From: Spirochaetia bacterium
GTDB lineage: Bacteria > Spirochaetota > Spirochaetia > DSM-27196 > Salinispiraceae
Direction: 5' to 3'
Assembly: GCA_038204425.1 (NCBI GenBank)
Contig: JBBRCZ010000008.1
Location: 1-64,000, forward strand
DNA length: 64,000 bases
Shown here in pieces: positions 54,869 to 64,000 of this stretch. Position 1 is the first letter of the stretch. Each line of letters opens with the position of its first letter. The position numbers and the translations under genes were made by a program. The notes under the pieces were generated by a model that was given only the letters and a program-made list of their open reading frames with translations, was not told the origin of the DNA and did not search any database.

Positions 54869-56116
54869 CTAACCAAAAAACATACGCCAAATCTTGCGTA
54901 TTCCTTCGCCACCCTTAACACTTCTGGAATTGCCCTGCGTGACTTCGTCAAACATCGGCGAATGCAAAAGTGCATGTTTAATCAAGCCCACAGCCACCGC
55001 CATATCGGGCCTTTGGTATTCATGCATGAGGCCTCCCAGTCCCAGCGGAACACCGATTCGTGAAGAAGTACCAAAAATATCTTGGGCGAGTTCCATCGTA
55101 CCTATCAGAGCCGAAGCTCCACCGGTAATAACGACTCCACCTCCAAGGGCTTGCCAAGATTTTATGTGCGCTTCACGTTCTACTTTCTGTTTAATTAGTC
55201 CTAACATTTCTGTCATACGCGGCTGAATAAACTCGCACAGCTGTCTGCGATCAATCTGTAAGGGTGTCCGAGTACCCAAGCCCATGATCATAGCGGGCTC
55301 CTGCCCGTCTTCAATTAAACCAGCAAAACAACAGCCGGCCTCTTTTTTTAGCCGCTCAGCAGACTCAAAAGGTGTCCGCAACAAAATTGATATATCACTG
55401 GTAACTTGATTGCCACCAAGAGGAATCACATTGGTGTACCAAGGAGCACCGTCCTGAAATAGAATCAGATCACAGGTTCCTCCACCAATATCGATAAGCA
55501 AGGTGCCCATCTCTTTTTCGTCATCGTTGAGCACCGCTTCGGCACTTGCCAAGGCGCCTAGCGCTACGCCCTCTACTTTAAATCCAGCTCGATTGACGCA
55601 TTTGACCAAGTTTTGTGTCGCCGTAATGCTTCCCGTGATAATGTGGACGTCGGCCTCTAACCTAACCCCAATCATGTCCTTGGGATCCTTGATACCGCCT
55701 TGTTCATCTACAATAAATTCTTTAGCGACCGAATGGATAATTTCTCTATCCATGGGCAAAACCACCGCTCGTGCGGCTTCAATCACTCGGTCAAGATCTG
55801 ACTGCACAATTTCTCTTCCACGGTTGGCCACTGCCACCACACCACGAGAATTGATACCTTCTATGTGAGCACCTGCGATGCTTGTGAAAACACTCTCTAT
55901 TTCGCGACCTGCCATTTGCTCGGCAGCCTCCAATGCCTCGGTGACTGACCTAAGAGTGGCCTCAATATTTATGACGACACCCTTTCTTAGGCCAGTTGAC
56001 GGTGCTCGACCGACACCTATCACCTCAAGCCGACCTTGTTCATTGGCTTCAGCAATAACTGCGCACACTTTGGTAGTCCCAATATCCAAGCCAATAATTT
56101 GTTCGCTGGTGGCCAT
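54869..56116 (-). CDS. ftsA: Cell division protein FtsA
   Basis: GLDIGTTKV, IDIGGGT, AERLK, VITGG and the amphipathic C-terminus IRKIWRMFFG. Confidence 0.97.
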   Translation of the reverse strand: MATSEQIIGLDIGTTKVCAVIAEANEQGRLEVIGVGRAPSTGLRKGVVINIEATLRSVTEALEAAEQMAGREIESVFTSIAGAHIEGINSRGVVAVANRGREIVQSDLDRVIEAARAVVLPMDREIIHSVAKEFIVDEQGGIKDPKDMIGVRLEADVHIITGSITATQNLVKCVNRAGFKVEGVALGALASAEAVLNDDEKEMGTLLIDIGGGTCDLILFQDGAPWYTNVIPLGGNQVTSDISILLRTPFESAERLKKEAGCCFAGLIEDGQEPAMIMGLGTRTPLQIDRRQLCEFIQPRMTEMLGLIKQKVEREAHIKSWQALGGGVVITGGASALIGTMELAQDIFGTSSRIGVPLGLGGLMHEYQRPDMAVAVGLIKHALLHSPMFDEVTQGNSRSVKGGEGIRKIWRMFFG

Positions 56117-56118
56117 AG

Positions 56119-57021
56119 TCAGTCCGCTCCTCTTCTCAAAACCAGGTTAGGACTGCGAAAATCCAATTCTTGTAAATTGCTATCGTCTATGCTTTTACCA
56201 AGTAGCGAAAGCACCCTAAGGATCATCACGCTGTTGTCGGCCGCCAGTGAAGGCCCGATTCTAACCGGCACCGGAGACAACATGGTCCAAGTCAGCAATT
56301 CCAATCCATCAGCGACGGTCGGCATGAGTCTAAATTCCGAAAAAGCGGCAAAAACAGCCGGACTTTGTTCTTTGAGACTTTGCAGGTCGTTAAGTAGCGG
56401 TACTATGATACTAGGCAAGGTAAGTCCAAATCTAAAGTTTCTAAACTCTATTCCACTGAGCAAAGGCAAATTTGAGTGGTTCTTATTAGCCCAATCAAAA
56501 ACAACCCCACGTTGGTCAATAATGACCATTTTTTGTCTGCCATCTTCCAAATTGGCAACAGCACGTACTACGGCCTGACGGGCCCTCAGTTTTAGCGCCA
56601 AAGTATCAGGAAAAACCTTCTCCACATTGGCGCTCATCACTTGAGGCAAGTCCAAAAGCCTGTCTTTGAGCCAAGCGTCGTCAATACCATAAAATCTACT
56701 ACCCGCTTGTACGCCAAGGGACTTCAAAACTGCCTCATGATCAAGGGTTAAATCTGAGTCAATATTTATTGTTTTTAAACTCAGCTCATTGGCTATCGCC
56801 AGTTGAAATACTATCTCAGCCAGCACAATCAAGCTGAGTGCGACGATTATTGCTATCAAAATTTTCTTAAAAATAGCTGAACTATCTTTGTTGGAGATTT
56901 TTTTTGTTACCGTGTGTCCAGTTGTATGTCCAGAAGACGCAGTACGCGTCCTTGACGTTCCGCTGGGTAATGCTTGATTGCGCTGGGAGCTGATAGCGTC
57001 AAAATACAGTCTATCCGACAA
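56119..57021 (-). CDS. ftsQ: Cell division protein FtsQ/DivIB
   Basis: Single TM, POTRA-like VEKVFPDTL, C-terminal ELDFR, located between ftsW and ftsA. Confidence 0.88.
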   Translation of the reverse strand: MSDRLYFDAISSQRNQALPSGTSRTRTASSGHTTGHTVTKKISNKDSSAIFKKILIAIIVALSLIVLAEIVFQLAIANELSLKTINIDSDLTLDHEAVLKSLGVQAGSRFYGIDDAWLKDRLLDLPQVMSANVEKVFPDTLALKLRARQAVVRAVANLEDGRQKMVIIDQRGVVFDWANKNHSNLPLLSGIEFRNFRFGLTLPSIIVPLLNDLQSLKEQSPAVFAAFSEFRLMPTVADGLELLTWTMLSPVPVRIGPSLAADNSVMILRVLSLLGKSIDDSNLQELDFRSPNLVLRRGAD

Positions 57022-58153
57022 GGCCAGCCTCCTTTTCCACGCTTGAACGTGAAATGTTTAAAAGCAAACCTACCATCATCATCGACACAAGCAAGGACGA
57101 ACCACCAGAAGAAAAGAAGGGCAAGGGAATACCTGTGGCTGGGATCAAACTAGACACCACCGCTACGTTTATCATAGCCTGCAGAATCAAGCAGGTGGTT
57201 AGTCCAAAAGCCAATAACTTGCGAAAAGTATCTGGTGCCTTAAAACTTGCACGATAGCCACGCCAAGCCAGAAGACCAAACAGGACTATCACGGCCACTA
57301 CTCCGACAAAGCCTAGCTCCTCACCCAAAACTGCAAAAATAAAGTCTGACTGCGCCTCTGGCAGAGCACCAAGTTTTTGCACTCCTTGCCCCATGCCATG
57401 ACCAAGGAAGCCTCCGCTGCGTAGTGACTTTATTGAAGTAAGAATTTGATAACCAGAACCCATTGGATCTTGGCCCGGCTTAATAAAAGTAAGCAGGCGT
57501 TCCAATCTATGTTCTTTGGTTAACAAACTACCAATCAATAACGGCACTACCATCAAGAGAGTGAGCGCAAAGTAGCGATACTTTACTCCTGCTGCATAAA
57601 AAATGCTAAGCGCAATTACAAGTACAAAACTGGCAGTAGAAAAATTGTTTTGCAAAAATATAAGCACAACAAAAAAGAAGACTATCAAAAATGGCGGAAT
57701 CAAGCTTTCGCGTACCGCATCCATCTTGTGCTGCTTACGTTCAAGCACTGACGCCAAATACAGGATCAGACTAAGTTTTACCAATTCTGATGGCTGAAAA
57801 GACATGCCCAAGATATTGATCCATCGTCGGCCGCCCAAAAACTCGGCACCAAAACCAGGCACAAAGGTCAGAAGCATCAAAGCAAACGAAAGAAGCAATA
57901 AAAACGGCAAAAATTTCCTTACCGCATCTAGTGATATTCTGGCTAACACTAGAACCAAAACCACCCCCAAGGCGGCATAGGCAGCCTGACTCAAGAAAAA
58001 GCGCAGAGGATCACCATAGATAACTTGTGATCTAAAGTAAGACGCTGAGAAGAGCATGGCCAACCCAGCACTCACCAAAACAAAGAAGGTGCAAGCGAGT
58101 ACAAAGTCTGTCGGGCGTTTAACTATCTGCCCTGCTGTCATTACTTGTGCCAT
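57011..58153 (-). CDS. ftsW: SEDS peptidoglycan polymerase FtsW
   Basis: RRWI, FQPSELVK, GYQI, LPEAQSDFIFAVLGEELG and TGIPLPFFSSGGSS. The start is approximate (58153 or 58141). Confidence 0.95.
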   Translation of the reverse strand: MAQVMTAGQIVKRPTDFVLACTFFVLVSAGLAMLFSASYFRSQVIYGDPLRFFLSQAAYAALGVVLVLVLARISLDAVRKFLPFLLLLSFALMLLTFVPGFGAEFLGGRRWINILGMSFQPSELVKLSLILYLASVLERKQHKMDAVRESLIPPFLIVFFFVVLIFLQNNFSTASFVLVIALSIFYAAGVKYRYFALTLLMVVPLLIGSLLTKEHRLERLLTFIKPGQDPMGSGYQILTSIKSLRSGGFLGHGMGQGVQKLGALPEAQSDFIFAVLGEELGFVGVVAVIVLFGLLAWRGYRASFKAPDTFRKLLAFGLTTCLILQAMINVAVVSSLIPATGIPLPFFSSGGSSLLVSMMMVGLLLNISRSSVEKEAGLVG

Positions 58154-58188
58154 TCTTTGTGCAACCTGCTTCCTTTCTGCCGTCTTAA

Positions 58189-59271
58189 CTAGGCAATCTT
58201 TAGAGTCGAGAGACTTAAGATAGCAAACATACCACCGAGGATCCAAAAACGCAGAACCACTTTACTCTCCGCCCAACCTTTTAGTTCAAAATGATGATGC
58301 AAGGGAGCCATCAAAAAAACTCTTTTCTTGCGCAGCTTAAAGCTAGCGACTTGGATGATGACACTTAGGGCCTCCATTACAAAAACCCCGCCAACGATCC
58401 ACAACAAGACTTCTTTTTTGACAGCCATCGACATTACCGCCAAGACTCCACCCATCATGAGACTACCAGTATCACCCATAAAAATTTCTGCTGGATTGCT
58501 ATTGTACCAAAGAAACCCTACGCAGGCCCCGGCCATAGCCAAAGCTAAAACGGTCATTTCTCCGGCACCGGGGATAAACGGAAGACCGAGGTATCCAGAC
58601 CAGTCAGCTCGGCCCGTGACGTAACAGATAATAGCAAAGGTTAAAACTGCCATCAGCACCAAGCCGGTAGCCAAGCCATCCAGTCCGTCGGTCAGATTTA
58701 CCGCGTTTGAGAAGAAGACGATCAAAAGCATACCAAAAGGCACATACCAAAAACCAAGTTGTAGCACCGGTTCTTTGAGAAAAGGCAGATACAAATCTGT
58801 AGCAAAGGCCTTATCTCCATAGAGATAAAGTAAGAACGAGATAAGAAATCCAAGCACAAATTGCCCAAGCAACTTTGCTTTGCCACTTAGGCCTCGCTTG
58901 TCTTTTTTGAAGACCTTAATGTAGTCATCAATAAATCCAACGGCACCAAAGCCAAGTACTGCCAAGATGCCAAGCCATGTGTACCATTGACGTAAATCTT
59001 GCCATAACAGTACTGAGATAAAGGTGGAGATGATGATCATCACCCCACCCATGGTTGGCGTCCCGGCTTTGCCCAAATGGCTTTGAGGACCGTCACCGCG
59101 GATGGTTTCTCCTAGCTTCTTTTTAAGCAAAAGTCGAATGATTAGCGGTGCAAATACAAAGGTCAGCAACAAGGCTGTAATGGCTGCATAGGCAGCCCTA
59201 AAGGTGATGTACTGAAAAATATTAAACGGAGTAAAATATTTTACAAGCGGATACAACAACTCTTTAAACAT
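58189..59271 (-). CDS. mraY: Phospho-N-acetylmuramoyl-pentapeptide transferase
   Basis: KAGTPTMGG, GFIDDYIK, NAVNLTDGLDGLA, FMGDTGS and MAPLHHHFE motifs. Confidence 0.98.
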   Translation of the reverse strand: MFKELLYPLVKYFTPFNIFQYITFRAAYAAITALLLTFVFAPLIIRLLLKKKLGETIRGDGPQSHLGKAGTPTMGGVMIIISTFISVLLWQDLRQWYTWLGILAVLGFGAVGFIDDYIKVFKKDKRGLSGKAKLLGQFVLGFLISFLLYLYGDKAFATDLYLPFLKEPVLQLGFWYVPFGMLLIVFFSNAVNLTDGLDGLATGLVLMAVLTFAIICYVTGRADWSGYLGLPFIPGAGEMTVLALAMAGACVGFLWYNSNPAEIFMGDTGSLMMGGVLAVMSMAVKKEVLLWIVGGVFVMEALSVIIQVASFKLRKKRVFLMAPLHHHFELKGWAESKVVLRFWILGGMFAILSLSTLKIA

Positions 59272-60769
59272 GCCCTATTCCTCCAAGCTCGTCAGACTGC
59301 TCAAGCCAGGGCAAGAGCCTCTCCAATTCCATTCCCCGAGATGCTTTGAGCAAGATCAAATCACCCGCACGCACCCGATCTACCACTTCTTTTTTTACAG
59401 TCTCAAAGTCAATCGCGTGAACAAATACTCGCTCGTTGCTATCAGCTGAGAAACCCCAGCTAGCTTCATGTTTTTTTTGAACGCCAATTGCCGCCTGCCA
59501 GGCCGCCTGCATTGCCTCTCCAAAAAAAATGCAAACCGACGCGCCTGATTGATAAGCAAACAAACCTATTTCCTCGTGTAGTTGAACAGACAAGTCGCCT
59601 AGCTCCTTCATGTCACCAAGAATGAGTACATGCCGGTGGCCGGGGACTGCGATTTCCATAAACGAGCTGATACTGGCACGCATGCTGTCGGGATTTGCAT
59701 TGTAGCTATCGTGCATCACGGTAAATCTTCCCCGACGCAATTCACTACGCCCTGGACTAGGCACAAAACTCTCAACTCCACGAGCAATGTCCCGGCGCTG
59801 ATAACCTAGTTTTTGGGCAATATAAAGCACGGCAAGTAGATTGGCTCGGTTGTGGGCACCGGCCAGTTTTAGCGTAAGCTTTTGATCAAACCAATGGACA
59901 ATTTGCCCGTCTGACCAAGGTTCCCATGACACATAGCCCGGGGTGGATGTTTCACCATACAAAACCACCTCACCGCGTACGTCGCTTTTCAAGAAATCGA
60001 CCCACTGATCAGCCTCTGGAACAAATGCCATTTCGTGTCCATCAAAGTTGGAAAAAATCATCTTTTTTTGTTCAGCTATGCCGGCCTGATCTCCGATATT
60101 GCCGATATGGGCAGTCCCAATGTTAGTAATTAGCGCGAGGTTTGGTTTGACAATGTCAGATAGTATGCTCATCTCCCCTTTTTCGCTCATCGCCATTTCA
60201 AAAATAGCCACTTCGACATCCAAGGGCATGCCCAGAACAGCCAAAGGCAATCCAATAACAGAGTTTAGGTTACCTGGACTGGCAAAGGCTTTTTTCTTGG
60301 TGGACAAAACTGAAAATAGTAGCTCTTTGGAAGTTGTCTTGCCGTTACTACCGGTGACGCCAATTTTAAACACCTCAGTTCTGGTAAGCAAGTACGCGCG
60401 TGCCCACAGCTGCAAAGCCTCAAGCGGACTCTGTACGACAATTAGCACCAGGCTGTACTCGGCAAGCAGTCGTTCAACTGCAGCCGAATGCTTGCTCATA
60501 AAACTTTCGGAAACCACCAAAGCTGCAGCACCCTTGCGGGCACAGTCAGTCAAATAGTCGTGACCGTCGACCTTTTGGCCGCGCAAAGCAAAAAATATAG
60601 CGCCCGTGCCAACAGCCCTCGAGTCGATGCAAACTTTATCTACAAGCTGAGGCACAGCGGACTTAGCCGTGACCACTCGCAGCAACAAGCCATTCTTCTC
60701 TAAAAGCTGAGCAATTTCTTGGGCACTGGTTTGAAAGTGCAAGTCTGCACCGGCGCTGCTAATTGTCAT
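59264..60769 (-). CDS. murF: UDP-MurNAc-tripeptide:D-Ala-D-Ala ligase
   Basis: IDSR, GVTGSNGKTTSKE, GNLNSVIGLP, DSYNANPDSM, LGDMKELG and KASRGM motifs. Confidence 0.96.
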   Translation of the reverse strand: MTISSAGADLHFQTSAQEIAQLLEKNGLLLRVVTAKSAVPQLVDKVCIDSRAVGTGAIFFALRGQKVDGHDYLTDCARKGAAALVVSESFMSKHSAAVERLLAEYSLVLIVVQSPLEALQLWARAYLLTRTEVFKIGVTGSNGKTTSKELLFSVLSTKKKAFASPGNLNSVIGLPLAVLGMPLDVEVAIFEMAMSEKGEMSILSDIVKPNLALITNIGTAHIGNIGDQAGIAEQKKMIFSNFDGHEMAFVPEADQWVDFLKSDVRGEVVLYGETSTPGYVSWEPWSDGQIVHWFDQKLTLKLAGAHNRANLLAVLYIAQKLGYQRRDIARGVESFVPSPGRSELRRGRFTVMHDSYNANPDSMRASISSFMEIAVPGHRHVLILGDMKELGDLSVQLHEEIGLFAYQSGASVCIFFGEAMQAAWQAAIGVQKKHEASWGFSADSNERVFVHAIDFETVKKEVVDRVRAGDLILLKASRGMELERLLPWLEQSDELGGIGHV

Positions 60770-61053
60770 TCACGCACCACCGAATCAGGTTTTAGTCGGA
60801 GATTTATAATTTGGTTCTGTTGCGGATAAAACATGCCAAGCTCTTTTACAGCACGTTCTTCAATAAGGCGCGGTGACGTGGCACTGCCATAACGCGCGAT
60901 GAGACGCTTATTTTCTTCAAAGAGCGACTGCTGATATTCTTCATATTTGCTTACTTCCAAGTCTTTTTGCTGCCAAACAAATGACTGCCAAACCGAGAAA
61001 AACAATGAAAGAGGTATCAAACACAATCCTATTGCAACAATCCGTCGATCCAT
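60766..61053 (-). CDS. ftsL: Cell division protein FtsL-like
   Basis: TM plus coiled coil plus SPRLIEERAVKELGM, located directly after rsmH. Confidence 0.8.
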   Translation of the reverse strand: MDRRIVAIGLCLIPLSLFFSVWQSFVWQQKDLEVSKYEEYQQSLFEENKRLIARYGSATSPRLIEERAVKELGMFYPQQNQIINLRLKPDSVVRE

Positions 61054-61114
61054 CAAAAAACTCCAAAAAAGCAATCTTTACCCAGCGCCCACTTTCTTAC
61101 TATCGGTCGAAGCA

Positions 61115-61140
61115 AGCCAATCTCTAAGAGAGGATTGGCT
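61115..61140. other. Intergenic stem-loop between rsmH and ftsL
   Basis: AGCCAATC...GATTGGCT, 8 bp arms with further inner pairing. Confidence 0.45.
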
Positions 61141-61178
61141 ACAAGCAAGATAGAAAAGGCAAAACCAATTCTAAACTC

Positions 61179-62126
61179 TTAACGCTTTCGAATTACTCTA
61201 AGCTTTGCACTTCGCGATGGCGGATTGCGCTCCAACTCCGCATCACTGGCCACCACCGGCTTCTTGGTCAAAATATCTGCCTTTGGAACACCGCCGCATT
61301 GACAGCGCGGTAGCTCAGGTGGACAGACACAAGCCCGTGCCAAATTTACAAAAGTGTGTTTAACCAAGCGATCTTCGAGTGAGTGAAAGCTGATGACCGC
61401 CAAGCGCCCTCCGCCAGCGAGGTTGCTCCAAGCAGCTATAAGGCTTCTTTCCAGCCGCCCCAGCTCGTCGTTTACCAACATACGGAGCGCCTGAAAGGTC
61501 CTCGTTGCAGGATGTATGCGACCACGACGATACTCAGCAGGAACAGCCGAACTAATCAGCTCAGCCAGCTCACGGGCCGTCAAGGCATGCATGCGAGCCG
61601 CACCTTCGTCGCCCCGCAAGCGCATCAAGCGTGCAGCAATGCGCCGTGCATAGCGCTCCTCACCAAGATTAAAGAGCACCATCATCAGGTCATACTCTTT
61701 ACACTCAGAAAGATACTCGGCAACTGACCTGCCTGCGCTTGTAGATAGGCGCATGTCCAAAGGCTCATCTTTGGCAAACGAAAAGCCTCGTCCAGACTCA
61801 CTGTAATGAAATATTGAAATACCGAGGTCGAGCAATATCCTGTCGGCCGGTAGCTGCAAGGGCCAGGACGAAAAAAAGTCGTCAAACCATTGGTGGTAAA
61901 AACTGACCCTATCCCCAAAGCGACTTAATCGCTCTCGAGCCTTGGCCATTATTACTTCATCAGCGTCAATCGCACAGAGCTTCACTTGAGCATAAGTTTC
62001 TAGAATGCGTTCCGAATGCCCACCTTCTCCCAAAGTCCCGTCTATCCATAAGCACGCCTTCTCATCGTCTGGCTTGAGATACTCAAGCACTTCGTCGGCC
62101 ATTACCGACTGATGAACATATTCCAC
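61179..62126 (-). CDS. rsmH: 16S rRNA m4C1402 methyltransferase RsmH (MraW)
   Basis: HQSVM, DGTLGEGGHS, LDLGIS, PLDMR, HPATRTFQALR, ISFHSLEDR and SRSAKLR motifs. Confidence 0.98.
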   Translation of the reverse strand: MEYVHQSVMADEVLEYLKPDDEKACLWIDGTLGEGGHSERILETYAQVKLCAIDADEVIMAKARERLSRFGDRVSFYHQWFDDFFSSWPLQLPADRILLDLGISIFHYSESGRGFSFAKDEPLDMRLSTSAGRSVAEYLSECKEYDLMMVLFNLGEERYARRIAARLMRLRGDEGAARMHALTARELAELISSAVPAEYRRGRIHPATRTFQALRMLVNDELGRLERSLIAAWSNLAGGGRLAVISFHSLEDRLVKHTFVNLARACVCPPELPRCQCGGVPKADILTKKPVVASDAELERNPPSRSAKLRVIRKR

Positions 62127-62131
62127 GACGC

Positions 62132-62587
62132 TTATTCCCCGGGACCAAAGAAGGAGATGAGACCTCCCAGTTCTTCAGCCGCATCCTTAAACTCATCCTG
62201 TGTGCTTTCTGTATATGCGCGATATGCCTCAAGTCCCCATATTTCCATATATTTAATTAGCCCCAAAATTACACACTCCTTTTCCAAGACCGCTGACTCT
62301 TGCAACGAACCGGGAATATTGATCCTCCCTAATTTATCAAGCTCAATTTCTTGTGCCGGCGCAATTATGCGCCGCTGCAACAATCGAGCTTTGGCTTGAA
62401 AAGGCGAAGCAGCTCTCATAAGTGAATCAGCGATACGAGCCCATTCTTCGGGCGGAAATACCCACAGGCAGTTTTCTATACCTCTAGTGATAACCAATGA
62501 ACTGCCGTCGATATCCCCTCGCAATCGCGAAGGAACAAGGATGCGGCCTTTCTCATCTATGCTTACCCTAAACTCCCCTGTTCGCAT
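62132..62587 (-). CDS. mraZ: Division/cell wall cluster repressor MraZ
   Basis: IDEKGRILVP and LDKLGRINIP duplicated SpoVT/AbrB motifs, and MEIW. Confidence 0.97.
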   Translation of the reverse strand: MRTGEFRVSIDEKGRILVPSRLRGDIDGSSLVITRGIENCLWVFPPEEWARIADSLMRAASPFQAKARLLQRRIIAPAQEIELDKLGRINIPGSLQESAVLEKECVILGLIKYMEIWGLEAYRAYTESTQDEFKDAAEELGGLISFFGPGE

Positions 62588-62595
62588 CCTTCTTT

Positions 62596-62666
62596 ACCAC
62601 TTTCTTCCGCTTTCTACCACTTTTTCCCACACATCATAATGTTATTGCTTTACCTTCTTCTGTCAA
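62596..62666 (-). promoter_or_regulatory. dcw promoter with four MraZ-box direct repeats
   Basis: Minus strand TTGACA-N16-TAACAT, then GTGGG-N5-GTGGT-N5-GCGGA-N5-GTGGT (10-bp period) immediately before the mraZ ATG. Confidence 0.8.
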
Positions 62667-62789
62667 CTGACAGTAGACAGAATTATTGACAATTGAGGCA
62701 AAACATGTCAACGTTTGTTGAGTACTTAGGATTTCTTGAATGCTGTTGCAGCAAAAAGAGAGGCTTTAAACTAGTGACTGGCGATGGAA

Positions 62790-64000
62790 TTAGTTACTAC
62801 GGCGGCGTTTATTGTGAAAACTCATATAGTTGATGTCGGGGAAGATGTTGTTCTTGCGTTCAACTTTGGTCAACCAATCGGTTCCCATCTTTCCTTCACC
62901 CATGGCGTCATATATATGGTAGAAATTGGCGAGGTGCTCTTTAATACGCGATGCGGCATAGCTACTGGCGGTACCGTTGCGCATTATTACTGGCCAGTCA
63001 ATGCTTTGAGTCAGCAGAACTTCGCGCGCTGCCTGATTGAGAGCCCTTCTTTTGAGGCCGGTAACGTCTGGAAAGCGATCAACTAACTCCACCATGCGAT
63101 CAATAGCCATGTGCAAGTGGCGGTAAATCCAATCGTTGCTACCCTCTAACCACGTTTCAGCATAACCTTTGTTTCCCCAACTGGAAAATATAGGCGACAC
63201 TTTTTGGTGTTGGGGATACTGGGCCAGATAATTGAGCGGCAAAATGGTGGACAACTGGTCACCTTGTTTAGCAAGCTCTCGCAAAATGGCTTCCAGCCAA
63301 TCAACACCCTCAAACCAGCGGTGGCCAAGCAACTCAGCGTTGTACGGTGAACTTGAAATTGGTGGCACTGACATTAAAGGCTGCACTTTTTTAAAGTGCA
63401 TCAAGTGGTGAAAGACAAAATTTTGCGCGTGTTCTTTAATCTTTTGCTTGGCAAGTGCAGGATCATAAGGTTGTTTGTGGGCGGTATCGCCACTTATGGC
63501 ATAGTATTTATAGCCAGTATTGATACGGGTTTTTTCGAGATGGATGTATGGACTTACGTAAGCAAGGTCTAGGTCATGCCCAATATCGCGATAGAACTCG
63601 CGATAGACAGGGTCACTTGGATAACCGGATTTGGACGACCAAACCAAGCTGACAGTTGAAAGATCGCGCGGAAAAGCATGCAAACCGTTGGGGAGGGTTA
63701 CCGGTGCGTAGAGCCCAGAACGTGGTACATCGGGAGAAAAAAGCACCGCATGTGCACTGGTGTAGAAATATCTAACGCCACAGTCCCTAAGGTATTTCTC
63801 GAGTCCTGGAAAATAGCCGGCCTCGGGTAGCCAGACACCCTGCGCCACTCCGCCAAAACTACGTGCAAAAGCTTGTTGGGTAACATCAAACTGGGCCTGA
63901 ATACTTTCTGGATAGTGTTCGTAAAAGGGCAAAAAAGGATAAGTGCCAACCGTTGTGATAAGCTCAATCTCGCCAAGTTGAGCCAAGCGACCAAAGCCTG
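62790..64000 (-). CDS. GH57 family 1,4-alpha-glucan branching enzyme-like protein (5'-partial)
   Basis: GVWLPEAGY, YPSDPVYREFYRDIG, AELLGHRWFEG, SSWGNKGY, QAAREVLL and NIFP motifs. The frame is open to the window edge. Confidence 0.9.
   Translation of the reverse strand, partial: GFGRLAQLGEIELITTVGTYPFLPFYEHYPESIQAQFDVTQQAFARSFGGVAQGVWLPEAGYFPGLEKYLRDCGVRYFYTSAHAVLFSPDVPRSGLYAPVTLPNGLHAFPRDLSTVSLVWSSKSGYPSDPVYREFYRDIGHDLDLAYVSPYIHLEKTRINTGYKYYAISGDTAHKQPYDPALAKQKIKEHAQNFVFHHLMHFKKVQPLMSVPPISSSPYNAELLGHRWFEGVDWLEAILRELAKQGDQLSTILPLNYLAQYPQHQKVSPIFSSWGNKGYAETWLEGSNDWIYRHLHMAIDRMVELVDRFPDVTGLKRRALNQAAREVLLTQSIDWPVIMRNGTASSYAASRIKEHLANFYHIYDAMGEGKMGTDWLTKVERKNNIFPDINYMSFHNKRRRSN

Noticed and set aside
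57011..62587. dcw cluster missing ftsI, murE, murD, murG and murC
   Set aside because: This reduced mraZ-rsmH-ftsL-murF-mraY-ftsW-ftsQAZ layout is the usual spirochete arrangement.

Overview
Bacterial chromosome segment, almost certainly from a spirochete (class Spirochaetia). The evidence is the periplasmic-flagellum collar gene flbB, a FlgE with the lysinoalanine cross-link residues, the reduced dcw cluster running into the flgB operon, and a stand-alone rpsD. The right part (34.2-62.6 kb, minus strand) is the housekeeping super-cluster mraZ-rsmH-ftsL-murF-mraY-ftsW-ftsQ-ftsA-ftsZ-xerD-deoC-TPR-dprA-xerC-hslV-hslU-flgBC-fliEFGHIJ-flbB-fliK-flgDE-flbD-motAB, followed at the window edge by a partial GH57 gene. 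The left part (1-34 kb) is accessory and metabolic: GH38, cN-II nucleotidase, queG, a degenerate-GGDEF/EAL protein, an aldose epimerase, a large secreted HExxH/propeller/barrel-like protein, a mocD/mocE-like oxygenase module with a TIM-barrel enzyme, a tightly coupled capD-degT-xanthine-dehydrogenase-like operon whose Mo subunit has lost its cofactor motifs, a divergent Lnb/GT-C/lipoprotein versus rfbF-rfbG-gtrA-sulfotransferase-kinase locus, rpsD, a DEAD-box helicase, an ALDH, a GH18 and an orphan nucleotidyltransferase-fold protein. I saw no rRNA, tRNA, CRISPR array or mobile element. The best candidates for an undescribed system are the capD-degT-degenerate XDH operon and the Lnb/GT-C/CDP-sugar envelope-modification locus. 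All calls come from reading motifs by eye; no searches were run.
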